Of a stretch of DNA of 64,000 nt, positions 47,120 through 59,590 are shown piece after piece (position 1 is the first letter of the stretch; the number at the start of each line of letters is the position of its first letter). The notes below the pieces were generated by a model. It saw only the letters and a program-made list of their open reading frames with translations, searched no databases and had not been told where the DNA came from. The DNA comes from Rebecca billardiae RCC1528 (lineage: Eukaryota; Protista; Haptophyta). Both the position numbers and the translations under genes were made by a program. The stretch is from contig OZ251222.1 of assembly GCA_965240325.2 (NCBI GenBank), positions 1,488,001 through 1,552,000 of the forward strand, read 5' to 3'.

Positions 47120-49792
47120 CTAGCCGCAGTCGTCGTCGTCATCATCATCGAAGAGCCTCTCCAGCACATCGAAGACCGAGCCGCGAATGTCAGTCGTCGC
47201 CGTGCACTTTTTGTCCTCACCGCTCCTGCCCCACGCCGCTCTTGGCACTGCGCCGGGACGATCGGCTATGGCGTTCGCGTCCAAATCTGCGCTGCTGCCG
47301 AGAGGCTCTGCGATGGCTTCATCACGATTCGCCACGCCCGTATGAGCGCCTGCCGGCGGCGCCGCATCCGCACCCGTTGCGCGCTTCGGCGCCGTGTCGA
47401 GCGTGGCGCAAACGCCCTGCGAGGGTGCGCGCGTGGAGGGCGGTGCTGGCACAGCCTCCGCGGGGCCGAGTGGCACCGCCCGCAGCGGGCTCCGGGGGTG
47501 GTCAGCGCTTGTCACAGGGCGCTCAGCATGCGCTCCTCGAGACTCGGGCACCGTCGGGTGTGGATGCCGGCTCAGCGGAGCTCGCTCGAGCGTGGAGCCA
47601 GTGCCGGTGCGACTTGCTCGAGCGCGCTTCGCATCGCGCTGCTGCTGCTCGTGCCGGTGCACAGCGACGGTCGCAAAGCGCAGCAGGAAGTCTCCGGTGA
47701 GAGCGGCCGGAACCTCCGGCTCACTGCCGGCGGCTGCGCCCTGGCGCGCGGCCCGCTTGCTCGCCTGCTGCGTCAGCGCTGCGGCACTGGTGACGAGCGT
47801 GCCCACGTCAGATGCACCGCTGGCGCGGACTCGCGCGGCTTGGCCGCCGCGCGGTGAGAGCCGATCGCCTGCCCGGCCGCTCGAGGCCGGCGCCCTCCCA
47901 GCCGCCGCGCGCGCGGTCTTCGTGGGCCCGCCCCCCCCGTCGCTGGGATCGGCGTCCAGGTCGATCACCTCGGCTGGTGCAGCCGCTCGCTTCCGCTTGC
48001 TGCCGGGCTGCCGCTTGGGGGCTGCGGCCGTCGCGTTTGATGCGGCGGTCTCGCCGCCTGTGCCTCTCGCAGCACTCGCCTGCCACGGCGTCTTGCGTGC
48101 GCGCACGGCCGGGGCGCCGGGCCGTGTGCCAGGGCCGAGGGGCGCTTCCTCGGGCGCCGAGGCCACGCGAGAGGGCGCGGCTAGCACGGCTCGTGCGGCT
48201 GGCGCGGTGGGCCCGCTGGCTGTGCAGGACGCGGCCTCCGGTGCCCCCGCCGCCGCCGCGCTCGAATCCTGCTGACGAAGCAGCAGCCCTGCGCCCGCAG
48301 CCGTGAACGAGCGCGGCGACCGCGCCCTCGCCAGGAGCAGCATGCAGACGTGCTTGCACGAAACGCCCGCCTTCTTCGCGCCCCCCGCCCACGGGCAAGA
48401 GCATTGCGAGCAAAGGACCGAGCCGCGGTCTGCCGCCAGTTGCGCCTGCGTCGAGTAGAGCTCCTCGCCGCCGCCCTTGTACCTGAAGCCGTACACGTCC
48501 CCGTCCGCTGCGTGGTCCGACATGCGCGCTGGGTTGAACTCGTCCTTCGCCTTTGCGAGGAGCTTGGCGCCGTCTGCGCCGCTCGCCCGGACGAGTTGAC
48601 AGACGAGCTCCTCGGACAGCGCGCCGCATGGACTCACGACGCCGTGCTCGCGCCCGTGCAAGGTCGCGCACTCGATGCGGCTGTCGGCCGGCTCGGCGAG
48701 TGCGCGACCTGTGCGCATGCGCGCGCGCGGGATCCAGGCCGGCCGAGCCCCGGCGCTCCCTGTGGCTGAGCCATCGGCAGCGGCGCGCAAAAACGCCTCC
48801 GTGCTCAGGCGCGCGAAGCCACCCGCCCACGCCTCGGCCGGCGCCTCGTCGCAACCCACGCACAAGGCCCGCTCGGGTGGCACGCCGTGCCTGCGCGCCA
48901 GGTACGCGCCCAGGTGCGCTGTGGCTGCGAGGCCTGCCCACTCGCCGCAGTCCCATTGGCGCGCGTAGTGGAGGCTCGCCGAGCCCGAGAGGGCAGCCGC
49001 CATCTGCGGGAGCCAGGCTGGCAGCGGCGCGTCCGCGGATCGCTCGCCGATCATGACCGCCACGCGAGCGGAAGCGCGCCCTCGCGCCCAGCTGGCCACC
49101 GCCTGCACGAGCAGCTGCAGCTTGCCAGCATGCGCGAGCCTCTGGACGGCATGCGCATCGATGAAGAGACCGTCGCGGCCCTCGGCCTCGCCATCGAGGA
49201 GCGCTGGGTCCAGGCCCTCGCGCACCTGCACGGGCATGCATGCGTATGCCCCACGCTGCGCATCGCCGTCGAGACCCGCGGCCTCGCCTTGCTGCGGGGC
49301 GCGATCCAAGGACTGCGCGCCGCACGAGGCCGCCAGCAGCGCGGGCGTGAGCAGCTCTGGCAGGGATTTCGCACTCAGCCCGATGTCCTTGATGCCCGAC
49401 GACATCGCGGCCGCCAGCCGGCACTCGTAGGCCCAACGAATCTGCTCCTCCCCGCCCATGGGAAGGAAGTGCATGCAGCGCACCTGCGCGTCAGGCACCG
49501 CGCGCAGAATGCAGTGGATCGTCTCCACGCGCGTCTCGGGTTCGAGGTGATTGTCGTCAAAGTAGAGCTCGCCGTCGTGCGATGCGAGCCAGCGCGCGCC
49601 CTGCTGGCGCGCCGCACGCGTTCGGAACGTGAAGTCGAGCCGGTCGCCTGGGTCGCGGAACCAGCGACGATAGCATTGCCTCATGGCCCGGTTGGCGCCA
49701 GCGCTCTCGACTTTGCGCACGATCGCCGCCGTCTTCCCAGACGATGGCGGCCCGCAGACGATAATGACGCGCTTGTTAGGCGCATCGCTCAT
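47120..49792 (-). CDS. P-loop kinase (PNK/AAA_33-like), degenerate HAD-like region, SWIM zinc finger and disordered tail
   Basis: VIIVCGPPSSGKT and LYFDDNHLEPETR; LARRHGVPPERALCVGCD...AWAGGF; CSCP-x9-SCKHVCMLLL (CxCxnCxH). Confidence 0.7.
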   Translation of the reverse strand: MSDAPNKRVIIVCGPPSSGKTAAIVRKVESAGANRAMRQCYRRWFRDPGDRLDFTFRTRAARQQGARWLASHDGELYFDDNHLEPETRVETIHCILRAVPDAQVRCMHFLPMGGEEQIRWAYECRLAAAMSSGIKDIGLSAKSLPELLTPALLAASCGAQSLDRAPQQGEAAGLDGDAQRGAYACMPVQVREGLDPALLDGEAEGRDGLFIDAHAVQRLAHAGKLQLLVQAVASWARGRASARVAVMIGERSADAPLPAWLPQMAAALSGSASLHYARQWDCGEWAGLAATAHLGAYLARRHGVPPERALCVGCDEAPAEAWAGGFARLSTEAFLRAAADGSATGSAGARPAWIPRARMRTGRALAEPADSRIECATLHGREHGVVSPCGALSEELVCQLVRASGADGAKLLAKAKDEFNPARMSDHAADGDVYGFRYKGGGEELYSTQAQLAADRGSVLCSQCSCPWAGGAKKAGVSCKHVCMLLLARARSPRSFTAAGAGLLLRQQDSSAAAAGAPEAASCTASGPTAPAARAVLAAPSRVASAPEEAPLGPGTRPGAPAVRARKTPWQASAARGTGGETAASNATAAAPKRQPGSKRKRAAAPAEVIDLDADPSDGGGGPTKTARAAAGRAPASSGRAGDRLSPRGGQAARVRASGASDVGTLVTSAAALTQQASKRAARQGAAAGSEPEVPAALTGDFLLRFATVAVHRHEQQQRDAKRARASRTGTGSTLERAPLSRHPHPTVPESRGAHAERPVTSADHPRSPLRAVPLGPAEAVPAPPSTRAPSQGVCATLDTAPKRATGADAAPPAGAHTGVANRDEAIAEPLGSSADLDANAIADRPGAVPRAAWGRSGEDKKCTATTDIRGSVFDVLERLFDDDDDDDCG

Positions 49793-50005
49793 GTCCCCGG
49801 CGCTGCGGGCGACGACCTTGTGCACGATCGCCGCCTCCCGGGCCAGGGTCGGGAGGGCGGTTGGCTCGACGCGCCCTCCCGCTCGGTAAGCCGAGGACGA
49901 GGGTCCGGGGCGCCTCCAGTATTTCGGTGTCAGCCATCGTTCGTCACGCCGCGTGGCCCGCCAGCTCGCGACCGACCACGAGGGTGTCGCGACTGGCCGC
50001 GCGTG

Positions 50006-50900
50006 ATGCTCGAGCAAGCGCGAGTGCGACTGCCAATGCACGTTCTGCCGGGCGCCCTGGTCAACCTGGAGGGGGCACTGCGTGCGCAGCTGAACAGGTC
50101 CATCCTGAAGTGAGTGCGCGGCGCGCCACGCGCGGCATGCATCCCCAGCGCAATCTGCATGCGTGCTCCCTGCCTGAGCGGGGCGCTCCCCGCCACGGCA
50201 GGTACGTGCCCGAGCTCTCGGGTGTGCCCTTGTCATATCGTGACCTGAAGATGCCCACTCGCCTCGGTCGCATTCGCGATGATCTCCCGCACATCCACCT
50301 GACCATCGAGCTCATCGTCCTCCTGTTCAGGCCAACAGTGGGCGCCGTGCTCGGTGTGCGCGCGCCCCACTTGCGGCGCGCCTCTCGCGCTCGGTCGGTG
50401 CGCCCATCGATGCCAACGCATCGCGTGGCGCGCCCCCCATCCGGCCGACGCGGTACGCAGAGGGCGTGGTCACGCGCGTGAGCCGCGATGTCATCAACGC
50501 GCTCATCCTGAACGTTTTCACAGCGTCTGTCCATCTTCGGTCAGCTGGCACGTGCAACGCGCGGGAAGGCGATCGCATTCGTTTCACCGTGTCGAAAGTC
50601 AGTGTTGCCAACGAGCTTCTCTCCATCTCGGGCTCCGATCCGCACGTGGTCCACAGCGAAAATGCTTCGCGATCCGCCTCGCGGTCAAAGTCGCACAACA
50701 AGAGAGCCGCGGACAAGGCGGGTCTTGGAGATCGGCCCACACCAGGCAAGAACGCCTCGACGTCCAAGCACGCTGGAAGTGCGGAGCATGGGCATGCCGG
50801 GCGCGAGAAGCTGTCGCCGCCGCGCGGCAGCCACGCGGACTTGGGGACGAATGGCGGCAGCGCGGCCGCCCGCCATCCAAGTGCATCCAAGCGCGGATGA
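50006..50900 (+). CDS. RPA43: RNA polymerase I subunit A43 (RPB7-like). Introns 50110-50201, 50354-50460
   Basis: The spliced product reads LNRSILKYVPELSGVPLSY...GRIRDDLPHIH...LLFRPTVGAVLEGVV...ALILNVFTASV...GDRIRFTV...LLSISGS, followed by a low-complexity tail. Confidence 0.85.
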
Positions 50901-51028
50901 TCGAACCCATCACTCACACTCGACTCAGACTCAAGGAAAAAGCTAGGGACGGGGCGGGGACGATTTTCAGGGCCGGAGGAGACCGAGTTTCGACGAGTTC
51001 TTGAGATCGCGCATAGAGAGGTAGACCT

Positions 51029-51032
<4 letters not shown>

Positions 51033-51074
<42 letters not shown>

Positions 51075-51100
51075 GAGAGTCGAGAGAGAGAGAGAGAGAG
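51033..51100. repeat. (GA)n microsatellite, interrupted
   Basis: Direct sequence. Confidence 0.95.
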
Positions 51101-51112
51101 ATTCCTAAGGTC

Positions 51113-53064
51113 TAGGTGGGTCCCTGGCGATTTTCCAGCGGTCTTTTAAACATTTACCGGGTTTTCTGGCCTGATTTCTTTTCGCGCGGGGCGCGGCTCG
51201 GGAAAATCGCCGGGCCGCCGGCCGAGGTCCGATCTGAACGCTCCCGACGATGTCGGAGCGCCTCTCCAGCGCGACCGAGCCGCCGTGTGTCGGGTAGACT
51301 ACTGCCAACACCTATCGCGCGCTCCAGCGCTTTGCGCGTGCTCACGGATGGGATCCGTGGTCACATATCCCCCGCCTGGCACGGGCCGGCATGTTTGACT
51401 CTCGCCCGGCTAGACGCGTACAGACAACTTGAATCGATCGGCAGGTGTTCGACCCGTGCCTTCGAGCAGGGTCACTTTTCGCTACAAGCGGGTCAGGCGA
51501 CGGGAGGCATGGGTCACCATCAGGCATGTGCATACTCTTGACGCTCCCGCCATCTTGAGCAGCTCAACGCACCGTGAAGGTGACAATTGGGCTGCGCGCA
51601 AGCTGCTCGTGAGAACGCACGACAGCCAGCCCCGGGCTCTCGGGGAGCCATGTGAGCGATTGGCGACTTCCGAGAGGGCGTGTTTGGTGGGGGTTGGTAC
51701 CAATCATCGACCAGCAGGCCTAGGATGGGTGCACTGAGGACTTGGGATGCTGAGAAGCCGCCGCGATGTGCGGCGAGCACGCCGACTTGCCATCCGTGTG
51801 CACGATCTAGCGCCAGGAAGATCAGCAGGGCCTTTGACAGCGGCAGCAGGCGCTCAGCGATCCTTCCCTATGCCGAGTGTGGGCATAGTATGCGGTGCTC
51901 GAGGGTGATCGCAGGATATGGGTCCATTCTTGACAGAACGCGGTCGCGTTGACAGGCGCGGGTGCCACCCCACGCTGTTGCTCCTGCCATCGGGTGGTCC
52001 CACTCGTTCCGCTTGTGGTCTGCGAAGACTCGTACTCAGCAACTCTACGGCTAGGCGTAGTAGACCCCTCAGACGCATGTCTGATGATTGCCCGGCACGT
52101 TCTCGTCGTCACGTTGGGTGTACTTGAGCGAGCGGAAGCCGCAACGTGATGGCTAGGCCAGCAGCTCAACCATCTGACGTCTCGCCGGCCAACTGGCTGA
52201 GTGCTCTCAGCCTAGCAGCAGCGTCGGTGAACCTATCGTATTGCTGCCTGGCGAGAAGATGGTAGGAGGCATCGTCGGCGGCATGGGCTGCAGCTGCGGT
52301 AGTCATGGACTGGTGGCGGCCTCACGCGGGTGGGCATACGACGACCGGTGACACGCGGAGTACGAGCACGGAAGCCGCCGAACGCGGCAAGCTCCGGCGG
52401 TGGCGTTGGCTGATAGTCCAGCCTCGACGGCGGAGGGCTCCCGTGTGACGACGGTGGCATGCTCGGTGGCGGGCGATGGTGTGTGCCTCGGCACGCAGCC
52501 CGCCACAAACACTGCCACTCGCAGGCAGTCCGGTTGCGGCCCGGGTTGCCTGTGTCCGCGTCGCTCGGCGCCTATTCGATGACCCAACAAACGTACCCAC
52601 ATATCGGAACGAATTTGAATATATAGTGAACCGCATCCACAGTCAATATAAAGTGGGTAACACTCATACTATATACGGGTAAGTGGTTATATATGAAGTG
52701 GGTAATGTGCTCGATCTTGCTGTAGTTTGTTGGAGGTATCAGCGCACAGCATAGAGCCCCACTCTTTGCTTCATAAAATGGTTCGGTCGGGTGTCAACGG
52801 TTGTCAATAAGTAATTCCGATCGCATGTCGCCATCTAGCCACCATAACCATGAAGTAACGCTTCGCAAAATCTCTATGTGACACTACTGGCGCGGCGCGC
52901 GCGCGCTCGGCCGCGCGACGGCACGCGGAGTAGGTTTTGAGGTCGAAACTTTTGCTCCGCCCCGATGGGACGCATTTATAGCGTCGATTCTGGGTGAGAG
53001 ACAAAATCTAGGACGTCATTCTGAGTGCGCCAGAATATCGCCCCAGTTGGGAGGGACCCACCTA
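51113..53064. mobile_element. Non-autonomous TIR element (1952 bp) with 13-bp perfect TIR TAGGTGGGTCCCT and 7-bp TSD TAAGGTC
   Basis: TAAGGTC|TAGGTGGGTCCCT ... AGGGACCCACCTA|TAAGGTC, with TSDs at 51106-51112 and 53065-53071. Confidence 0.85.
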
Positions 53065-53114
53065 TAAGGTCGAAAAGATCGATGACAATGATGACCGCGT
53101 CATCTGGCGGAACC

Positions 53115-53115
<1 letters not shown>

Positions 53116-53146
<31 letters not shown>

Positions 53147-53216
53147 GGTGTGTGTGTATGTGTGTGTGTGTGTGTGTGTGTGTCGGTGTGTGTGTGTATA
53201 TGTATGTATATGTATG
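53116..53216. repeat. (CA)n immediately followed by (TG)n, a self-complementary microsatellite
   Basis: Direct sequence. Confidence 0.9.
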
Positions 53217-54535
53217 TAACTGAGAGAGCGAGCAGCATGCCAATCCGCGGAACAGATCGATGGCGGCGAATCCGAGCCATCCGAGGAACCGAACAGATCG
53301 ATGGCGGCGGAGAGCGCACCGCGCCGACGCAGCGGCAAAAATGCCGGGCAACAAGAGCTGTCAACAGCAGGCGGGCGGGCGGGCGGGGCAGCTTGGAAGG
53401 CGCAGCTCGAGAGCCGCCAAGCCGCACGAGAGCGAGGCACGAAGGACCATCGTGCACAGGGCGCCTCGAAGCTGCGGGCTGCCGGAAACAGCTGCAGCCA
53501 TCAGGAAGGCGGACAGCTTGGGCGCTTCCGAGTTCGCTGCGTGAGCGAGAGCCTGCAGCTGCGAGAGGCACGCAGCAGCGTCGGTCGGCTCGGCGCCTGA
53601 TAAAAACCCAGTTTGACACCAATTGGCCGTCCTGACCGCCAGCCAACCTTGCCTATTACAGTTTATTTTTTTTAACGTGCGTAAGGCTCACGGTGGCAGT
53701 TGCCGCGCCATCCTTCACTCATCGCACGCTCTCCGAAGAGACAGACCTGGAAACTGGTTATATAGCGCCCAATAAGGCCCAGGAGCAGCGCAGCGAGTAT
53801 GTAGTTCTAGGCCGTCGTGCGCTGTGTGCACCTGTATGTAGAGCAGGCTCGAACGTCCCTCTGTGGCACGAGAAGAGGGTGGCCAAATAAATATTATTAA
53901 ATAATGCCAGCCGGACTTGAGACTCATTCTATGATTTAACGACACAGGTAGGACGGCGCAGGTCTCCTGATTCGTCGTCGGCAGTGCCCGATCGTCGACG
54001 AAGTCGGCGCTGGTGGCAGAGCATAGCCTGAACCGCGATCGAATGGCTTGAGCGCGGCCTTGAGCTGCTGGAGCGCGATCCACCTGCGCTGCGCGGCTCG
54101 CATGGACCTGCTGTGCCCCGAGCGAGGGCGAGGGTGCAGGTCCGGATGTCAGACGGCCGTCTCAGCCGCTGGGCCCTGGCGGGTGATCCGGCGGTGATGT
54201 AGTCGTCCCCGTGTGCCCTGCGCGGCCGCGTGCGCGCTTGCCGCTCTGCTCAGCTGGCTTGCTGGCGGCGGCTGGCGCTGCTGCCGGCCGCCTGGCTCAG
54301 GCCGACTAATTTAGCAGGCAGTCACAGGTGTTGATACAGCAGCGCATTGCGCTCCCGCTAGGCGTCCTCTTAGTCTTAGACAATAATATAATTATAATCC
54401 GCCGCGTTATTACTTATAATAATACGGTGCCAAGCAATTAAACAATAATAAACCCTGCTGCCACCGATATTATATAATAATTAAACTGCGCGTAGCGACT
54501 ATGATGAGCAGGCAGCCCGCGCGGCCCCGCGCGGC

Positions 54536-57391
54536 TCACGCAGCGGCTGCCTGCTGCTGCCGCATCATCTGATGCCTGAGGTTGATGCGCCGCGGCAGCG
54601 TCGAGTGCCTGCTGCTGAGTGCAGCAGTGGACGGGCGCATCGCGAGCGCAGCGGCTGGCGGGCGCTGCATCGGCTCGTCAGTGCGGGTGGCCGGCGTCAG
54701 GTGTGGCGGCGTGATGGCGGGAGGGCCCGCGCTCGCTTCGCTGCCGACTGCCCGGGCGGCAGCATGCGATCCAGATGTTGCCCAATCCAGCCGATGCAGA
54801 TGCTGGGCGCTGGCAGCGGTGCGGGCGGCGGAGGTCGGCCGCAGGCGTGGAGCGAGGAGCGCAGACGAGGGACGCGCCAAGGGCGCTGCAGGCAGAGCGC
54901 CCGCCTCTCTGCTTGCAGACGAGACCGAGGCGGAGGAATGCGCAGGCCGAGTTGGCACACTGGTCGTAGCCCACTCGTGCGATGCCGCGTCGCCAGCACG
55001 AGTGGCGTGCCCCTCCTTGCCCGTCGCTGGTGCGCCGCCCCGGGCGTCCGCGCCGCCGTCACCGCCGCCGACGGCCTCAATCGTGCGCACGTACGCCTGC
55101 GCGTGCGCGTCAAAGCGCACGCCGACGCCGCGCCAAGACTGCCCCGGCGCTGATATGCGTGCTTCCTCAGCTGAACTGGGTCGGCCGAGTGCCCGGGCCA
55201 CCGTGCTCGGTGGGGCCAGCATGCTCGCACCATGCCCAGCAGACACAGAGCCCGCCGACGCGCCGTGGCTGGCCACCGTCGGCAGGGCACGCGCTCCGGT
55301 CGAGAGATGCGGTGGAGACAACGATTGCGCCCGACTCAGGGGCAGGCTGGGGCCGATGCGCGCCGGGTGAGCTGGAGAGGCGGTGGCTGATGTGCTGCCG
55401 GCCCTTTCCGGCACCACCGAGCCGGCGCGCTGGCTCCGGGGGAGGCTCGAGCCGCTGAGGACGGGGCGAGGAGGAGAGGCGGTGGCTGATGTGCTGCCGC
55501 CCCTGGCCGGCACCATCGAGCTCGCGCGCGAGGGGGCCGCCTTCTCGCCTCGGCCAGCGGCACTCGACTGCGCCTCTGACAGGACGGTGGCCACCGCGCG
55601 CGCCGACCTGTGCAGCAGGTCGAGCCACTGGCCCCAGCGCTCGTTGTGGTACGCCTTGCACGCCTCGATCGTCTGCGGCCCCAGGATCCGGAAGAACTCG
55701 TCGCGCTCGATGGCGAGCAGCTCGCACTCCGAGGCGGTCACAACCGTGAAGTGGTTCGTGCGGTTGCTCGAGAGCTCCCCGAGCAGGGTCTTGCTGCCGT
55801 ACACGCCGATGTCGCGCTCGAGCCGCTCCTCCCAGGTCTGGCCGGTGGCCGTGCCGTGCCGCGCATAGCCGTGCAGCCGGACCGCGACGTACCCCTTGCG
55901 CACGATCACGACCGTGCTCGCCGGCATGCCCACCTTGAGCACGGTGCTGCCGGCCGCGAGCGAGACCGTTTTCATCCGGTATTGCAACCGGCTGAGATCT
56001 GACTTGTCGACGCTCGCGAGCTGCGGCACCGAGTGCAAGAAGGCGAGCTTCGCCGTCGTGCTGTTCTCCTTGCCCTTGCGCACCAGGGCCAGCAGGTTGC
56101 GGAAGTGCACGACCACCACCTGCGACGCGCAAGATGCGCGCACGCGCGATCACGTGATGGGCGGCCGCACGCTTGATGCGACACCGCCGCGCGGGCCAGG
56201 TGCTGACGCGCGGGCGCTCTCGCGCGCACCGTGGCCTCCTTGACAACGACAGCACTCGCCGCGCGCGGCTGCTCGTAGATGGCGGCCAGCTCCCCAAACT
56301 GGTGCCCCGCATGGCACACGGCCAAAGCCGGGCCGTACTTGGTCACGACGTTCTCCCTGCGAGCGACAGCGGGACAGGGCGCCGTCGCGCGAGCAACGGT
56401 GAGCGGCGCGCGCGGAACCGGCCGGCCTCAGCGGCGGGCGGCGCCATGCCCCGCGCGGTGCGCAACGGCAGCGGCCGGCGGCGCCGTGCCCCGCGCAGTG
56501 CGCAGCGGGCGCGCACCAGTCGACGTGCTCTCCCGCGCCCTCGTCCGACGGCTGCCACTTGGCCATCCGCTGCGCGTCGGCGATCGCCTTGGACGTGTCC
56601 GCGTCCGCGCGGCGGAACATGCCGACCGAGCCCGTCATGACGATGTACATGTCGTCGCCCGTCGCGTCCTGCCGGAAAAGCACCGTGTTGGGCTTGAGGC
56701 ACTTGACCGTGCACGCGTTGATGAACGAGTCAATGTGGTTCTTGCGCAGCGCGACCATTCGCTCGTCCTTCATGTCCAGCGTGTGCACCCAGGAGCGCAG
56801 CAGCTCGTATTCCTCGTCAGTGCGCCCCTCGAGCGGGCGAAGCAGCGCCTGTGTGACGCTCTCGACCAGGCGGCGCTTGGCCTCCTCGTCCGCGGCAGAG
56901 AGCGCGCCACCCTGCCCGGCCTCCTGCTCGCGCACCTTCTCGAGCTGCTGCAGATTCTTCACGGCGTCCCACGCCGCGGTCGCGAAGCCAGGTCGAACGG
57001 ACGCGCGCGACCCCGCGATCGAGATCCGCCGGTCGAACCCCGCTGGCACGTCGACCAAGATGTCTGCCTCCGGCTCGGCCAACTCGTCCTCATCATCATC
57101 CACGTACTTGTCTGTGACCGCGTCGAGGCGCGGATCGCCGCTGCTGCCGTTCTTGCCGCTCGGGGATGCGATGACAGCCGACGCGCCAGGCGACAGGGAG
57201 AGCCCCTTCGCCGCCTGCACGACGAATGGCGGCGTACGGTTCCCGGGCGAGACGGGCGCGAAGTGCTTCCGCGGGCTCACCGGCCCAAGCATCGCGCACA
57301 ACGTGTCCTTGCGAGGTGCAGCTTCCGAGCTCGTGATGTCATCTCCGGATTCCCTAATCTCGCCTGGCTGAGCTGTACATGTGCGTCTCAT
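54536..57391 (-). CDS. Protein with two cyclic-nucleotide-binding domains (CNBD2-like) and a disordered tail. Introns 56357-56516, 56120-56229; start uncertain
   Basis: VLFRQDATGDDMYIVMTGSV and FGELAAIYEQPRAASAVV form the first domain. The second reads VLKVGMPASTVVIVRKGYV...LGELSS...CELLAIERDEF. Confidence 0.85.
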
Positions 57392-57642
57392 TCTTAGCGG
57401 AAGCTGTAGTTACCGGTCGGCAAATGACGACGCGGACGATGCGATTTTACTCCGCCATCGAACCTGGAGGAGGAAGGCGGACGTACTACTGCTACTACTA
57501 GTACTTATTTGTCCTCTTGGCTAAACCGTCATCACTTTTTAACCGTGCTGCGGATCTCCAGAGCGGGGTGAGCCGGGGTCTCCTCGAGACAGGAGCTGCC
57601 GCCGCCGCCCCGGCCGGCTCCCGTGTCCGGCCGTTGCACCGA

Positions 57643-57732
57643 GTCGCTGAGTCTGCCGGTGCACGGCCGGCAGAGTCAGCGACGCCGAAGTTACCCAAAA
57701 AGAGGCAGAGTCAGCGTCGCTGACTCTGCCTC
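57643..57732. repeat. Two adjacent hairpins built from the motif GGCAGAGTCAGCG
   Basis: 57643-57683 (17-bp arms, 1 mismatch) and 57702-57732 (GAGGCAGAGTCAGCG-T-CGCTGACTCTGCCTC). Confidence 0.85.
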
Positions 57733-59590
57733 ATTATAAGTGTATTACCCGCTAGAGTACTCTTGCTAGTTGCTTCCCAGTACTGGACTGGGATGAGCAT
57801 TGCCTGGCAACACATGCTGTTCGAGAATCGAGGGTTCGCCCGTTAGGTCGCCGTCGGAACCGAAGTCGCCCCGACTATTGCCGCTGGCTCGCCTCGGAGC
57901 AAGTGTGGACGAATAATACGCGAGATGCATCAGCACTCGAGTCGAGCTGCTTTAGCGGCTTAGCATGCTCTGGGGCAAGCTCGTAGTCGGTAGTCGAGCC
58001 ATGGCCAGTGTGTGGAAGCGTACCGATGATCTTTGACGATGGTGGCGTGCGGTCTCACGGCCAGTCGTTGAGCCAACTGGCACAACTGCTCTGCCAACCG
58101 AATGTCAATGACTTGAAGGGGCAGCACAGGTTCGGACAGGTTACTGTCCGAGCTGTACGCGATCCGTAGTCAGTACTCAGTAGTACCGCGCTTGGCTAGC
58201 TATGTGTTGCAGCGGTTACTGTCATGAGTGTCAGGGGTGCGAGGCTCAATCAATCATTCGGCAATGGTCCCAATCCGCGGCCCGCATTCAGTGCTCCCCG
58301 TGGTCGCTCTACAGAGCCAGTGTACTAAGAATAAGAGACGCACACAGCTCAGGCACTAGGCAGGCGAGATTACAGTTTACTATGTTTTAACGTGCACACC
58401 TGGTACCGTTTGCAAATGATCGCTCAGACGCTCAGTCAGGCAGTCAGTCGCGATGAGTGACACGCGCTCCGTTGGTCCTTAGTAGCGCGTCGCGGACCCA
58501 ACGCAGACGAGCCAGGTAGAGCCGTGCCTCCCGCGAGTGGGAGGAATGGGACGACGGACCCCGGAACGTCCATCGACATCGCCACATCGGACGTCGAGAG
58601 CACGTCCATCTGCTGTGTTCATCAATCATCATGAACAACCGCCCTTGCCTTCAGTTGGCCAAGGGCGGTAAGGGCTGTCAACTCCCAGTGGCGCCGGGTG
58701 GCGGAGGTTGGGGGCCCCAAGGCTTCTGAGACAAACGCGTGAAGCGCACTGCTTAGGAGGGGGGGAAGGGCTCCTAAGCAGGGCCTGGAGTCCGGACGCG
58801 GCCGCCGCTGCCGCGGGCGCTGCGAGGTTTGAGTCCGGGTCGCCCTTCCCACGTCGCGCCGCCGCGCGAGAACGCGACGTAGGCCGCGAGGACGTCCCCC
58901 CGCGCGCGGCGCGTGGTGCGCCGAGCAAGAGCACGTGTACTGCCGCCCTCTGCCGCCGCTCGTCACCTCATCTCACCCGCGTTGCTCCGCGCGGGCGCCG
59001 TGCGACGCCGGCGACGTGACTCAGCTTGCACACGCCGGATGAGAAGCTGCACCCAGAGGCCGAGCTGCGCTCTAGCCCCTGGTGCGCCCGGTGGGCAGCG
59101 TGCACATGGATGTTATGCGTCTTCCCCGCGCTCAGTGGTCTGTCTCGAGGCGTCTCTAGAGTGAGTTGTTGGCTCTGCTACACGACTGCGTTTGAATTGC
59201 GCGTGTCGACGCACTCTGTCATGCCCGTGCGTGGGCAGTGTACGTCCTCAGGTTGCAGGCGCACGCGCGCGCCTGGTCGCAGTAATCATAGGCCTACCCG
59301 ACACCAACGATTTTGGGTCCTGCACGGTCATCAGGTGGGCGCAGTGCACGTGCGTGCGCGGTGCGAGTTGCATCCAAGCCGCGACGCCTTTGCGCGCGCT
59401 GCTCGCGTTGGCGGAGAGAGGCGAGGAGCGACCGCCGACGCGTACCTGGGGACTACGTATGACCTTGGTCGACTACCAGCCTCGTCGCGTCCGCGCGCAC
59501 GGGCCGTATTCGTCCGCACCGACGCTCGCGAGGTACGCTAGCAGCGGCACCGGGGGCACGGTGTCGCCCTTCAGGGGTTTGAGTCACAAG

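Noticed and set aside
50327-50917. 196-aa minus-strand ORF
   Set aside because: Antisense to the spliced RPA43 exons, which carry recognisable motifs.
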